Shown: one piece after another, positions 9,781-19,297 of the stretch
How positions within the stretch are numbered: the first letter of the stretch is position 1
Layout: every line of letters starts with the position of its first letter
Assembly: GCA_965656495.1 (NCBI GenBank)
Contig: CBFHKU010000018.1
Span: forward strand, 1-19,616
From: Coraliomargaritaceae bacterium
Lineage (GTDB): Bacteria; Verrucomicrobiota; Verrucomicrobiia; Opitutales; Coraliomargaritaceae
Direction of reading: 5' to 3'
DNA: 19,616 nucleotides
Notes under the pieces: model-generated
Told to the model about the DNA's origin: nothing
What the model saw: only the letters and a program-made list of their open reading frames with translations
Database searches by the model: none
Made by a program: the position numbers and the translations under genes

Positions 9781-10503
9781 CTAAATTTGGTAGTCGGTTC
9801 CGCCGGTGGCCTCGTGTAAACCACATTCGCGCTTCAGTCCGCCAAAGCGCGTGTCCTCCGCCTGCATCCCCTCGCTGAGCTTGGTGGTGCTGTGCCAATC
9901 GCCCACCGAGACATAACCCTGATCCCAGAGGGGATGGTAGGGCAGATTATTTTCGCTGAGGTATTGGTAGATGTCGCGGTCCGACCAATCGAGGATCGGG
10001 TAGATTTTCCAGATCTTGTTTTGTTTTTGAGCGACCGGGCGCTCAAGCCGCGAGCTCGCTTGCTGGCGTCGCAGGCCGGAAAGCCAAGCGGTCGCGCCCA
10101 GTTCTTTGACGGCGCGGTTCATCGGCTCCACCTTGTTGATTTTGTTGTATTGCTCCAGACCGGCGAGGCCCTGTTCCCACAATTTACCCTGGGTCGCTTC
10201 CTGATGCGCGGCGGATTTTAAGGGGTGGTAGGTTTTGAGATTGAGCTGGAGGCGTTCGCTGAGGGTTTCCGCAAAGCGATAGGTCTCGGGAAAGAGGTAG
10301 CCCGTATCAATAAAAATGACCGGAATCCCCGGGATGACGGTATTCACCAAATGGAGCATCACCGCACTTTGGACTCCAAAACTCGTGCTCAGCACCAGCC
10401 CGTTGCCAAATTGCTCGTAGGCCCAACGTACCCGATCCGTCGCAGCGGTTTGCTCCAGAGATTCAAGTGCTTCCTTGTCTAGACTAGGCAGTTCCAAACT
10501 CAT
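9781..10503 (-). CDS. cysH: Phosphoadenylyl-sulfate (PAPS) reductase, thioredoxin-dependent, without an Fe-S cluster
   Basis: [37 protein letters not shown] and the catalytic ECGLH motif. Lacks the CC and CxxC ligands of APS reductases. Confidence 0.93.
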   Translation of the reverse strand: MSLELPSLDKEALESLEQTAATDRVRWAYEQFGNGLVLSTSFGVQSAVMLHLVNTVIPGIPVIFIDTGYLFPETYRFAETLSERLQLNLKTYHPLKSAAHQEATQGKLWEQGLAGLEQYNKINKVEPMNRAVKELGATAWLSGLRRQQASSRLERPVAQKQNKIWKIYPILDWSDRDIYQYLSENNLPYHPLWDQGYVSVGDWHSTTKLSEGMQAEDTRFGGLKRECGLHEATGGTDYQI

Positions 10504-10513
10504 GAACCTTTAA

Positions 10514-10541
10514 AAGATAGGTTTTTGAGTCAGTAAGTCAA
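10514..10541 (-). promoter_or_regulatory. Putative sigma70 promoter of cysH
   Basis: TTGACT-16 nt-TATCTT on the minus strand, 10 nt upstream of the ATG. Confidence 0.45.
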
Positions 10542-10576
10542 GAATTAGCGGATTCGCGCCAGATTAGATAGATAAA

Positions 10577-11776
10577 TTATTCTCCTATAGGGAGTTCGAT
10601 AACTTCCCAAGGTAGCCCGCGACGGTTTAATTCCTCCATGAAGGGGTCAGGATCGCGCTCCTCCATATTCCAAACGCCCGGTTCTTTCCAAAGCCCGCGC
10701 AGGATCATTTGGGCACCGATCATGGCGGGCACCCCGGTGGTGTAGCTGATCGCCTGACTGGAAACCTCCGCATAGCACGCTTCGTGGTCGCAGGAATTAT
10801 AGATGAAGATGCGCTTGGGTTGACCGTCCTTGACGCCCACGATATCGCACCCGATGCAAGTCTTGCCCTTCGTGCGCGAACCAAGGCTCGCGGGGTCCGG
10901 CAAGACCGCCTTCAAAAATTCCAGGGGTGCGATTTTCGAACCTTTGTAATCGACCGGTTCAATCGCGGTCATGCCGACGTTTTCCAGAACCCGCAAATGC
11001 GTCAGGTATTTTTCGGAAAAAGTCATCCAGAAACGGATGCGCTTGAGGCCCGGAATATTTTTTGAGAGCGATTCCAGTTCCTCGTGATAGAGGAGGTAGG
11101 CATCCTGCGGACCGACCACCGGAAAGTCGTACACCTGCTTCACACTCATCGCCTCGACTTCCTTCCATTCCCCGTCTTCCCAATAGCGCCCGTTTTGCGT
11201 GATTTCGCGGATGTTGATCTCGGGGTTAAAATTGGTGGCGAAGTGATGCCCGTGATCGCCGGCGTTGGCATCGAGGATATCAATCGTCTCGATGGCATCA
11301 AAATGATGCTTGAGGGCGTAGGCGCAAAAAACATTCGTCACGCCTGGATCGAAGCCGGAACCCAACAAAGCGGTCAGCCCCGCCTCGCGGAAACGCTCGC
11401 GGTAGGCCCATTGCCATTTGTATTCGAACTTCGCCTCGTTGGGCGGTTCGTAATTCGCGGTGTCGAGGTAGTCCACCCCCGCCGCAAGGCAGGCATCCAT
11501 CAGCGGCAAATCCTGATAGGGAAGGGCGACATTGATCAAAAGCGCCGGTTCTTCCGCTTTGAGAAAGGCGGTGGTCGCGGCGACATCATCGGCGTCCAGT
11601 TGCGCGGTGCGCAGCGTCACGCCCTGTTTCGCCAGAACGTCCGCCGCGATCGCGTCGCATTTTTCAAGGGTGCGGGATGCCAGCACAATCTCGCTGAAGA
11701 TTTGCGGAACTTGCGCGCATTTGTGCGCGGTGACGTTGCCGACTCCGCCGGCCCCTACGATGATGACTTTCGACAT
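10577..11776 (-). CDS. Saccharopine dehydrogenase-family protein, probably carboxy(nor)spermidine dehydrogenase
   Basis: GAGGVG Rossmann motif. NVALPYQDL, YLDTANYEP, GSGFDPG, FATNFNPEINIRE, HEELESL and SYTTGVP match the CASDH/CANSDH subfamily as I recall it. Confidence 0.85.
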   Translation of the reverse strand: MSKVIIVGAGGVGNVTAHKCAQVPQIFSEIVLASRTLEKCDAIAADVLAKQGVTLRTAQLDADDVAATTAFLKAEEPALLINVALPYQDLPLMDACLAAGVDYLDTANYEPPNEAKFEYKWQWAYRERFREAGLTALLGSGFDPGVTNVFCAYALKHHFDAIETIDILDANAGDHGHHFATNFNPEINIREITQNGRYWEDGEWKEVEAMSVKQVYDFPVVGPQDAYLLYHEELESLSKNIPGLKRIRFWMTFSEKYLTHLRVLENVGMTAIEPVDYKGSKIAPLEFLKAVLPDPASLGSRTKGKTCIGCDIVGVKDGQPKRIFIYNSCDHEACYAEVSSQAISYTTGVPAMIGAQMILRGLWKEPGVWNMEERDPDPFMEELNRRGLPWEVIELPIGE

Positions 11777-11852
11777 ACCTATAGCTTAAGGCGGCAGTTT
11801 GCCCCGCTCGCAAGTTTTATTCATATCTGCGGAATCTGCGCCATCACGGACG

Positions 11853-11880
11853 TTGACAGCGCCCCGACCCCGCGCACATT
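11853..11880 (+). promoter_or_regulatory. Putative sigma70 promoter of sufT (leaderless geometry)
   Basis: Perfect TTGACA (11853-11858), a 16-nt spacer and CACATT (11875-11880), with the ATG 6 nt later. Confidence 0.45.
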
Positions 11881-11886
11881 AACGAC

Positions 11887-12459
11887 ATGGCATTTGACCA
11901 AGAACTCACCCTTACCCGCGAAACGACCGCCACCATCATCCCGGAGGGTACTGAGCAGGTGCTCCCCGCCGGAACCCGTGCCAGTATTTCCCAGGCGTTG
12001 GGCGGCACCGTCACGATCCGTACCGATTCGGGGCTCTTCCGTCTCGCCAGCAAGGATTGGGACGCCCTCGGCGCCGCCGCGGCCGCTGAACTGGAAGCCG
12101 CCAATTCTCAAGCGGAGGCCGAAGCCGATATTTCCGCCGAGCCTTTCAGTGAGGCGATTGTTTGGGAAGCCATGAAGCAATGCTTTGATCCCGAGATTCC
12201 GGTCAACATTGTCGACCTCGGTTTGATCTACGACCTCAGTATTGCCGAGCCCGACGCGGAGGGACGCCATGCCATCGCGGTGAAGATGACCCTCACCGCG
12301 CAAGGTTGCGGCATGGGGCCCGTTATTGCAGACGACGCCCGTCAACGCATTGAAGCCCTGCCCGCCGTTTCGAGCGCGGAGGTCGAGATCGTTTGGGAAC
12401 CCGCCTGGACCCCGCACATGATCTCCGAGGCGGGTCGCGCCAAGCTCGGTCTCGAATAA
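11887..12459 (+). CDS. sufT: Fe-S cluster assembly protein SufT (DUF59/MIP18 domain with N-terminal extension)
   Basis: FDPEIPVNIVDLGLIY, MTLTAQGCGMG and VWEPAW motifs. The N-terminal domain with IP.G, QALGG and LFRL is typical of the long SufT form. Confidence 0.88.
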   Translation: MAFDQELTLTRETTATIIPEGTEQVLPAGTRASISQALGGTVTIRTDSGLFRLASKDWDALGAAAAAELEAANSQAEAEADISAEPFSEAIVWEAMKQCFDPEIPVNIVDLGLIYDLSIAEPDAEGRHAIAVKMTLTAQGCGMGPVIADDARQRIEALPAVSSAEVEIVWEPAWTPHMISEAGRAKLGLE

Positions 12460-12530
12460 AGCTGCAAGTCACGCGCGGTTCTGGCTCGCAAAATGCAGCA
12501 GACTCCAACACGATTGGAGTTATTCCAGCT

Positions 12531-13940
12531 ATGCCAACGCACTCAAAAAAGAACACGCAAACCACCTACGATAAAGCCCTCGCGCTGAATCTCGATGCAC
12601 CGATTTACGGCGTCTTTGCCGAGATTGGGGCAGGGCAGGAAACCGCCAATTACTTCTTTCGGGTCTCCGCCAGCGCCGGCACCGTCGCCAAGACCATCTC
12701 GGCCTACGACATGACCATGAGCGATGTGCTCTACGGCAAGGCAAAGCGCTACGTCTCGCAGGAACGCCTCCACTCCATGCTGGAATATGAATACCAGCTC
12801 CTGGAGGAACGTCTCGGGCCCCAGCGCGGTGAAAACACCACCTTCTTTTCTTTTTGCAACACGGTGCGCGCCCGGGGGTATCAGGACAATGACGAATGCC
12901 ACGGCTGGATCGGGGTGCGCTTCCAACTCAAGCCTCAAACCGAGCCAGTCGAAATTGTCCTCCACCTCCGCCTCCTCGACGAGACCAATTCCGAACAAAT
13001 GGACGTCCTCGGCAAAGTCGGCGTCAACCTGATCTACGCCGCCTTTTACCACCGCGACAGCCTCGAGGATTTTGTCGCCTCCCTTGCCGACAACCTCACG
13101 CCCGGCACCATGGAAATCGACATGCTGCGCTTCAGTGGCGAGGGTTTCCGTTACGTCGATAACCGCCTCTGCGCCCTCCAACTCGTCCAGACTGGGCTCA
13201 CCGATGCCGCCATGTTCGACAAGAACGGCGAGGTCGTGCAGGCCGCTGACGCCCTCCACCGCCGACCCATCCTCCTCCTGCGCGGCAGTTTTAATCCCGT
13301 CCTTAAACTCCACCTCGATATGGTTTCGCAGGGCCGCGCCGTTTTTGAATCCCAGATGGAAAAGGGCGAAGCCGATAAAGCCATCGAGTTGTGCGAAATC
13401 AGCACCAACAATCTCCTCCGCGACGGCACCCTCGATCACGAGGAATTCATCGACCGCGCCGACGCCCTGCAGGCCCTCGGCAAAACCGTCCTTATTTCAA
13501 GTAGTGCCGAGTTCCACCGCATCGCCACCTACCTCAGCCGCTATACCGCCGAGCCCATCGGGATCATCCTCAGTATCGGCCTCCTCAACGAACTCTTTAA
13601 AAGCAAATGGTCCGCCAACCTTGCAGGCGGGGTCCTCGAGTCCTTTGGGCGTCTCTTTAAAAACCGCGTCCAGTTGTATGTTTACCCCTGGCACAACACC
13701 CGCAGTAAGGAACTCGTCAGCGCCGATAATTTCAAGGCCCCCGAAAACTGGCAGTATTTCTATCGCCACCTCATGCAGAACAAGCGCGTCTGCGCCATCG
13801 GGGTGGGCGACCCCGTCCTCCTCAGCAAAACCGGTCGCACCATCCTCAAGGAAATCGAATCCGGCACCCCGGGTTGGGAAGACTGGGTACCCGCCGAAGC
13901 ACATGCCATGGTGCGCCGCCGTATCAAACGCACCAAATAA
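12531..13940 (+). CDS. Conserved uncharacterised cytoplasmic protein with a CinA-like N-terminal motif and a NadD-like nucleotidyltransferase motif
   Basis: 469 aa from ATG 12531, with coding-like codon bias. Motifs are FAEIGAGQE, AGTVAKTISAYD and LLRGSFNPVLKLH, the last resembling NadD GSFNPxHxGH. No signal peptide. The function is inferred. Confidence 0.7.
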   Translation: MPTHSKKNTQTTYDKALALNLDAPIYGVFAEIGAGQETANYFFRVSASAGTVAKTISAYDMTMSDVLYGKAKRYVSQERLHSMLEYEYQLLEERLGPQRGENTTFFSFCNTVRARGYQDNDECHGWIGVRFQLKPQTEPVEIVLHLRLLDETNSEQMDVLGKVGVNLIYAAFYHRDSLEDFVASLADNLTPGTMEIDMLRFSGEGFRYVDNRLCALQLVQTGLTDAAMFDKNGEVVQAADALHRRPILLLRGSFNPVLKLHLDMVSQGRAVFESQMEKGEADKAIELCEISTNNLLRDGTLDHEEFIDRADALQALGKTVLISSSAEFHRIATYLSRYTAEPIGIILSIGLLNELFKSKWSANLAGGVLESFGRLFKNRVQLYVYPWHNTRSKELVSADNFKAPENWQYFYRHLMQNKRVCAIGVGDPVLLSKTGRTILKEIESGTPGWEDWVPAEAHAMVRRRIKRTK

Positions 13941-13951
13941 ATCCCGCGCCT

Positions 13952-15727
13952 TTATTCCCCGCCGAGGCGGCGGTCCCATTCCTTCCAGCTCACCTCCGTA
14001 AAGGTCGGCTTCCCATCCGGTGCGGTGTGCGGATTCCCGCACTCCAATAAAGCCCCCGCCAAGGCTTCGGCCTGCGCCAAATTCAAGGCGTCCCCGCTCC
14101 GGTAACTGTCCTTCACCGCCAGTTGCGCCACCGCTTCCCAAATGACCGCCCCCGCGCTTTTCCCGCGTTGCCGCAACAAGTCGATCAAATCGCGAATGAA
14201 ATTTTCCGCGTCCTCCATCGCCAGCCAGGCCGGGATCGATTCGACCCGATAAAAATTGCGCCCGAAGGCCTCGATTTCAAAACCGTGTTCCCGCAGGAAT
14301 TTCTGTTGGCGTTCGAGCGCTTCCGCCGCGAGGGGTTCCAGTTCCAGCGGAACCGGCAAGAGAAGACTCTGACGCGTTACTTTGCCCGACTCGCGCTCCG
14401 CTAATATCCGTTCAAAGCGCACCCGTTGATCCGCCCGTCGCAAGTCCAGCAAGACCAGCCCGCGGCGCGTCTCAAAAAGTGCCAACCGTTTCTTGAAGAG
14501 ACGCAGGCATTCCCAATCCTTCTGTTTTGGCGCCGCTTTTTCCGGCGCGGGCGGTGCTGGGGCAAGCGGTTTTTCCGGGAGCTTCGCGGCGGACGGAGTC
14601 GGGCGCACGGCGGTCGGCTGGGGCGCCACCGGTTTTACCGGAAGGCTCGGTTTCGGAAGCCTCACCGCAACCTGCGGGATCGGTTTTACCTGCGGGAGCG
14701 CGGCGGGTTTTGGCGCTACCGCCTTCACCCCTTCAAATTGCTCCAAGGCCTTCGTGACCGCTTCCAAGACAAAACGCCGCACCTCTCCCTCATTGCGAAA
14801 ACGCACCTCCCGTTTGGCGGGATGCACATTCACATCCACCGCCCGCGAATCGATTTCCAGAAAAAGGAAGGCCGGCGGATAACGCCCTTTTTGAATGCGT
14901 CCATGATAGGCGTCCAGCACCGCAAAGCCCAGGGTCCGGCTGTCCACCGGTCGGCGATTCACCATCGTTACCAATTCCCGTCGCGTGCTCCGTCCCACTC
15001 CGGGCTTCGCGGTCAAGCCCGTCAGGCGCAGCCCTTTCTCCGCATCCTCCGCATCCACCGGAATGAGATCGTCCACCAAACGGCGACCCCAGATTTCCCC
15101 GATGCGATCCCCCAGCGTTTCGCAGGCGGGGGATTGAAAAACAACCCGCCCGTTTTCCGTCAGGCGAAAAGCGAGCTTCGGGTGGGCGAGGGCGATCAGG
15201 CGGCAATTGTAGGTGATGTGCGCGGTCTCGGTACTGGTCGCCTTTAAAAATTTGCGCCGCGCCGGTACCGCGTTGAAAAGTTGCGCCACCTCGATGACCG
15301 TCCCAACCGGCATCCCGCAATCCTTCCGGTCGAGGAGCTTCCCGCCGTTCACCGTGATCTCCGTGCCGTGTTCCGCGCCTACCTCCCGCGTCCGTAAAAC
15401 GAAGCGCGAAACCGAGGCAATCGATGGCAGGGCCTCCCCCCGAAATCCAAAACTCGCGATTGTGTCGAGGTCGGCGGTCTCCCGAATCTTACTGGTGGCG
15501 TGCCGTTCCAGCGAGAGCAGCGCCGCGTCCGGTGCCATCCCGCTACCGTTATCCTCCACCCGAATGTAGGACTTCCCGCCTTCGCGAAATTCCACTTCCA
15601 CCCGCGTCGCACCCGCATCAATACTGTTCTCCACCAATTCCTTTACCACCGCAACCGGGCGTTCAATCACCTCGCCCGCCGCGATTTGATTGGCAACCCG
15701 ATCCGATAGTATCCGAATAGTAGACAT
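13952..15727 (-). CDS. mutL: DNA mismatch repair protein MutL (591 aa)
   Basis: [43 protein letters not shown] and [14 protein letters not shown] motifs, a Pro/Ala/Lys linker and a QSLLLP clamp motif. The real start is ATG 15727, not 17203. Confidence 0.96.
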   Translation of the reverse strand: MSTIRILSDRVANQIAAGEVIERPVAVVKELVENSIDAGATRVEVEFREGGKSYIRVEDNGSGMAPDAALLSLERHATSKIRETADLDTIASFGFRGEALPSIASVSRFVLRTREVGAEHGTEITVNGGKLLDRKDCGMPVGTVIEVAQLFNAVPARRKFLKATSTETAHITYNCRLIALAHPKLAFRLTENGRVVFQSPACETLGDRIGEIWGRRLVDDLIPVDAEDAEKGLRLTGLTAKPGVGRSTRRELVTMVNRRPVDSRTLGFAVLDAYHGRIQKGRYPPAFLFLEIDSRAVDVNVHPAKREVRFRNEGEVRRFVLEAVTKALEQFEGVKAVAPKPAALPQVKPIPQVAVRLPKPSLPVKPVAPQPTAVRPTPSAAKLPEKPLAPAPPAPEKAAPKQKDWECLRLFKKRLALFETRRGLVLLDLRRADQRVRFERILAERESGKVTRQSLLLPVPLELEPLAAEALERQQKFLREHGFEIEAFGRNFYRVESIPAWLAMEDAENFIRDLIDLLRQRGKSAGAVIWEAVAQLAVKDSYRSGDALNLAQAEALAGALLECGNPHTAPDGKPTFTEVSWKEWDRRLGGE

Positions 15728-15826
15728 CTTAAAGCCCTCAACTCTGCCGCTCCCGCGCCGACCTGCAATGTCAATTTCCCCTTGGGTTGACCTGCGCGCG
15801 ATTTTCCAAAACCTTTGCCCTGCCCA

Positions 15827-17848
15827 ATGCCAAACGAACTTCACACTTCCAGCAGTCTTTATTTGCGCCAACACGCCGGGAACCCCGTGCATTGGCTCCC
15901 TTGGGGCGAGGCCGCCCTCGCGCAGGCCCGCGCCGAGGACAAACCCCTCCTCGTTTCGATTGGCTACTCCGCTTGCCACTGGTGCCACGTCATGGCGCAT
16001 GAATGTTTTGAGGACGACTACATCGCGGGTCTCATGAACCGCAATTTCGTCTGCGTGAAAGTCGACCGCGAGGAACGGCCCGACGTCGATCAAATCTATA
16101 TGGAGGCGGTGCAAATGCTCCAGCATCAGGGCGGCTGGCCCCTCAATGTTTTTTGCCTCCCCGACGGTCGTCCCTTCTTTGGCGGCACCTATTTCCCGCC
16201 CGAGGATCGCGGCAACGGGCTCATCCCCTGGCCGCAACTCCTCATGCGCATCGCGGATTTCTACAAACGCTCCAAGGACGAACTCCTCGAAAATGCCGAG
16301 TCCATCCAGAAAAACATCATGGCCGCCAATCAACAGGGCGGTTCGGAATGGAACGATGCCGTCCTTGTGAAGGCGGCGCAGGGCATCTGCGGGAATCACG
16401 ACGATCAATACGGCGGCTTCGGCGGCGCTCCTAAATTCCCGCCCGCCATGACCCTCAATTTCCTCGACAGCGTCCGCCATTTGCCCGCTCTCCGCGAGGC
16501 GGATCCGGAACTCCCGAAACGCATCGCGGAAGTCCGCGACCACACCCTCCGCGCCATGGCGCACGGGGGCCTCTTCGATCAGTTCGGCGGGGGCTTCGCG
16601 CGTTACAGCGTCGATGCCCACTGGCTCATTCCGCACTTCGAGAAAATGCTCTACGACAACGCCCTCCTCATCGAGGCATACACCCGCGCCTGGGTGGACA
16701 CTCAAGAACCCCTCTACGCCGCGGTGGTTACCGAAACCATCAGCTGGCTCGAACGCGAAATCTCCGCCCCCGGAGGCGGATTCTACGCCGCCCTCGATGC
16801 CGACAGCGACGGCGAGGAAGGCCGCTATTACGTCTGGGAACCGGAAGAAGTCGACTCGGTCCTCGGGCCAAGCCGTTCCCGCGAAGTCCGCGCCGCCTAC
16901 AACATCACTCCCGGGGGCAACTTCGAAAACGGCACCAGCAATCCCGCCCTCGTCGAACCGGACTTCGCCCGCCGCGAGGAACTCGCCCCCGCCCGCGAAG
17001 CCCTCCGCCAACACCGCGAATCCACCCGTACCCCGCCCGGGCGCGATCCCAAAATTTCCCTCGCGTGGAACGCCCTCATGATCCGCGCCCTCGCCGAGGC
17101 GGGGTTCTATTTCAATCAAACCGCCTGGCTCCAGCGCGCCCGCGCCGCCGCCGATTTTATCTGGGACGCCCTCCGCCCGGAAGGGGAGTCCTTCCGCCTC
17201 CACTCCGTGTATTACGAAAACAGCGGCAGTTCGGTGGAAGCCTTCCTACACGACTACGCCCTCGCCGCCGAAGCCTGCCTCGCGCTCGCCGCCAAAATCG
17301 ACACCCTTGAACCCGGCGCCTCCGCGACCTACCTCGAACGCGCTCAAGCCTGCATCGATTACGCCCTCCGCGCCTTTGCCGATCCACAGGCACCGGGTTG
17401 CTTCTTTACCGCCGAAGGCGCCGAGACCCCCGTGACCCGCCGCAAGGAATGGTTCGATAATGCCCAGCCCTCCGGTAACAGTTCCCTCCTGCACGCTTGC
17501 AGCGCCCTCCATGCCCTCACCGGAGAAGCCCGCTACGCCGAAGCCCTCCAAGCCACCCGCCCGGTCTATGCCGACTACGCCGCCCAGGTCGCCTCGGGCG
17601 TCGCCCACGGCCTCGAAGCCCTCGCCACCGAGGCCCGCGGAATCGCCCATCTCAAGGCGGGCGCCGCCGCCGATCTCGACGCCCTCCGCGCCGCCCTCCT
17701 CGAACATCCCTGGCACCGCGTCTTTATCACGGTCGGTCCCACCTCTGGGGTCGCCCCCGATTCCGCCCTCCAACTCTGCCTCGGCACAAAATGCTTCCCG
17801 CCCGCCGAAAATCCCGCCAAAATACTCGCATCCCTTCAATACAGTTGA
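15827..17848 (+). CDS. Thioredoxin-domain protein, YyaL/SSP411 (DUF255) family
   Basis: [67 protein letters not shown] and DADS motifs. Confidence 0.92.
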   Translation: MPNELHTSSSLYLRQHAGNPVHWLPWGEAALAQARAEDKPLLVSIGYSACHWCHVMAHECFEDDYIAGLMNRNFVCVKVDREERPDVDQIYMEAVQMLQHQGGWPLNVFCLPDGRPFFGGTYFPPEDRGNGLIPWPQLLMRIADFYKRSKDELLENAESIQKNIMAANQQGGSEWNDAVLVKAAQGICGNHDDQYGGFGGAPKFPPAMTLNFLDSVRHLPALREADPELPKRIAEVRDHTLRAMAHGGLFDQFGGGFARYSVDAHWLIPHFEKMLYDNALLIEAYTRAWVDTQEPLYAAVVTETISWLEREISAPGGGFYAALDADSDGEEGRYYVWEPEEVDSVLGPSRSREVRAAYNITPGGNFENGTSNPALVEPDFARREELAPAREALRQHRESTRTPPGRDPKISLAWNALMIRALAEAGFYFNQTAWLQRARAAADFIWDALRPEGESFRLHSVYYENSGSSVEAFLHDYALAAEACLALAAKIDTLEPGASATYLERAQACIDYALRAFADPQAPGCFFTAEGAETPVTRRKEWFDNAQPSGNSSLLHACSALHALTGEARYAEALQATRPVYADYAAQVASGVAHGLEALATEARGIAHLKAGAAADLDALRAALLEHPWHRVFITVGPTSGVAPDSALQLCLGTKCFPPAENPAKILASLQYS

Positions 17849-17886
17849 GCGTTGCCACCCGCCACTTCCCTGTAATTTTAAATACT

Positions 17887-19287
17887 ATGACCGACAACCA
17901 TTCACAGGCCACCTGGGGCGGACGTTTCAGCGATGGCCCGGACGCGCTCATGTTGCGCCTCGGGGAATCCGTTTCCTTTGATCACCGCCTCGCCCCCTAC
18001 GACATCAAAGGCAGCCGCGCCCACGCCGCGATGCTCGCCCATGTCGGCATCCTCACCGACGAGGAACGCGACGCCATCCACGCCGGCCTTGAAGCGATTG
18101 AGTCCGAGATCGAAGCCGGCACCTTTGAATGGGACACCGCCTTCGAGGACGTGCATATGAATATCGAGCAGGCCCTCACCGAACGCGAGCCCGCCGCCGC
18201 GAAACTCCACACCGCCCGCAGTCGCAACGACCAGGTCGCCACCGATATGCGCCTCTGGCTCAAGGATCATTGCGAAGCCCTCTACGACGCCCTCACCGAA
18301 GCAATGCGCGAACTCCACGCCTTCGCGGAGCGCACCCAGTCTGTCCTCATCCCGGGCTACACCCATTTGCAACGCGCCCAGCCCGTCCCCATGGCACACC
18401 ACCTCCTCGCCTACATGGAAATGCTCGACCGCGACCGCAACCGCCTCGCGATGGTCCACGAACAGGCGAATGTTTGCCCCCTCGGTTCCGGTGCGATCGC
18501 CGGGACCACCCTCCCGATCGACCGCGCCTTCGTCGCCCGTGAACTCGGCTTTACCGACCCCGAGGGCGAACCCCGCCTCACCGATAACAGCATGGACGCC
18601 GTCAGCGACCGCGACGCCTACCTCGATTTCGCCGCCGCCTGCAACACCATCGGGCTCCACCTCTCCCGCCTCGCCGAGGACTGCATCCTCTGGAACAGCG
18701 CCGAGTTCGGCTTCGTGCAACTCCCCGACGCCTTCACCACCGGTTCCAGTCTCATGCCACAAAAGAAAAACCCCGACGCCTTCGAGCTCATCCGGGGCAA
18801 GGCCGCCCGCCTCAACGGCAACTTCCAAACCCTCAGTACCCTCGTCAAAGGACTCCCCCTGACCTACAACCGCGACCTCCAGGAAGACAAACCCCCCGTC
18901 TTTGATTCCGCCGATCAAACCCTCCTCATCCTCGAAGTCCTCGCCGCCTGCCTCCCCGGAATCGAACCCGTCCCTGCGAAATGCGCCGCCGCCGTCGCGG
19001 ATCCCATGCTCCTCGCCACCGATGTGGTTGATTACCTCGTCCAGAAAGGCGTCGCCTTCCGCGAAGCCCATCACCTCGTCGGCGCCCTCGTCGCCCTCGC
19101 CGAAAAAGAGAACTGTCCCCTCAACGAATTACCCCACGCCAAAGTCAAAGAAATCCACGAAGCCCTCGAAGCCGACTGGATTCAAGTCTTCGACCTCGAC
19201 CGCGCCCTCGCCGCCCGCGAAGCCACCGGAATGCCCGGCCCCAAATCCGTCGCGCAACAACTCCTCACCTGGAAAGAACGATTGTAA
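17887..19287 (+). CDS. argH: Argininosuccinate lyase
   Basis: [61 protein letters not shown] and FREAH motifs. Start is ATG 17887. Confidence 0.97.
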   Translation: MTDNHSQATWGGRFSDGPDALMLRLGESVSFDHRLAPYDIKGSRAHAAMLAHVGILTDEERDAIHAGLEAIESEIEAGTFEWDTAFEDVHMNIEQALTEREPAAAKLHTARSRNDQVATDMRLWLKDHCEALYDALTEAMRELHAFAERTQSVLIPGYTHLQRAQPVPMAHHLLAYMEMLDRDRNRLAMVHEQANVCPLGSGAIAGTTLPIDRAFVARELGFTDPEGEPRLTDNSMDAVSDRDAYLDFAAACNTIGLHLSRLAEDCILWNSAEFGFVQLPDAFTTGSSLMPQKKNPDAFELIRGKAARLNGNFQTLSTLVKGLPLTYNRDLQEDKPPVFDSADQTLLILEVLAACLPGIEPVPAKCAAAVADPMLLATDVVDYLVQKGVAFREAHHLVGALVALAEKENCPLNELPHAKVKEIHEALEADWIQVFDLDRALAAREATGMPGPKSVAQQLLTWKERL

Positions 19288-19297
19288 GGTTGCCTCA

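Noticed and set aside
10577..11776. Lysine-pathway saccharopine dehydrogenase
   Set aside because: The motifs fit the carboxy(nor)spermidine dehydrogenase subfamily better.
9714..12530. dif site near the skew change
   Set aside because: I found no XerC/XerD-like 28-bp site in the intergenic regions by eye.
12531..13940. TonB-dependent receptor label for this protein
   Set aside because: It has no signal peptide, no beta-barrel pattern and no terminal aromatic residue, and it is too short.
14520..14730. Pro/Ala/Lys-rich quasi-repeats inside mutL
   Set aside because: This is the ordinary disordered linker between the MutL N- and C-terminal domains.
15728..17203. 1083-aa ORF suggesting a novel N-terminal fusion to MutL
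   Set aside because: The extra 492 codons are the antisense shadow of the well-conserved YyaL gene. MutL homology starts at ATG 15727.
17497..17886. Arg/Pro-rich N-terminal extension of ArgH (596-aa ORF)
   Set aside because: It overlaps the YyaL gene in another frame and is low-complexity. Canonical ArgH begins at 17887.
4533..19074. Long antisense or alternate-frame ORFs (4533-5465, 7027-7833, 11084-12175, 12543-13439, 13072-14001, 17902-19074)
   Set aside because: They are expected from high GC3 codon bias, lie over conserved genes and carry no recognisable motifs.
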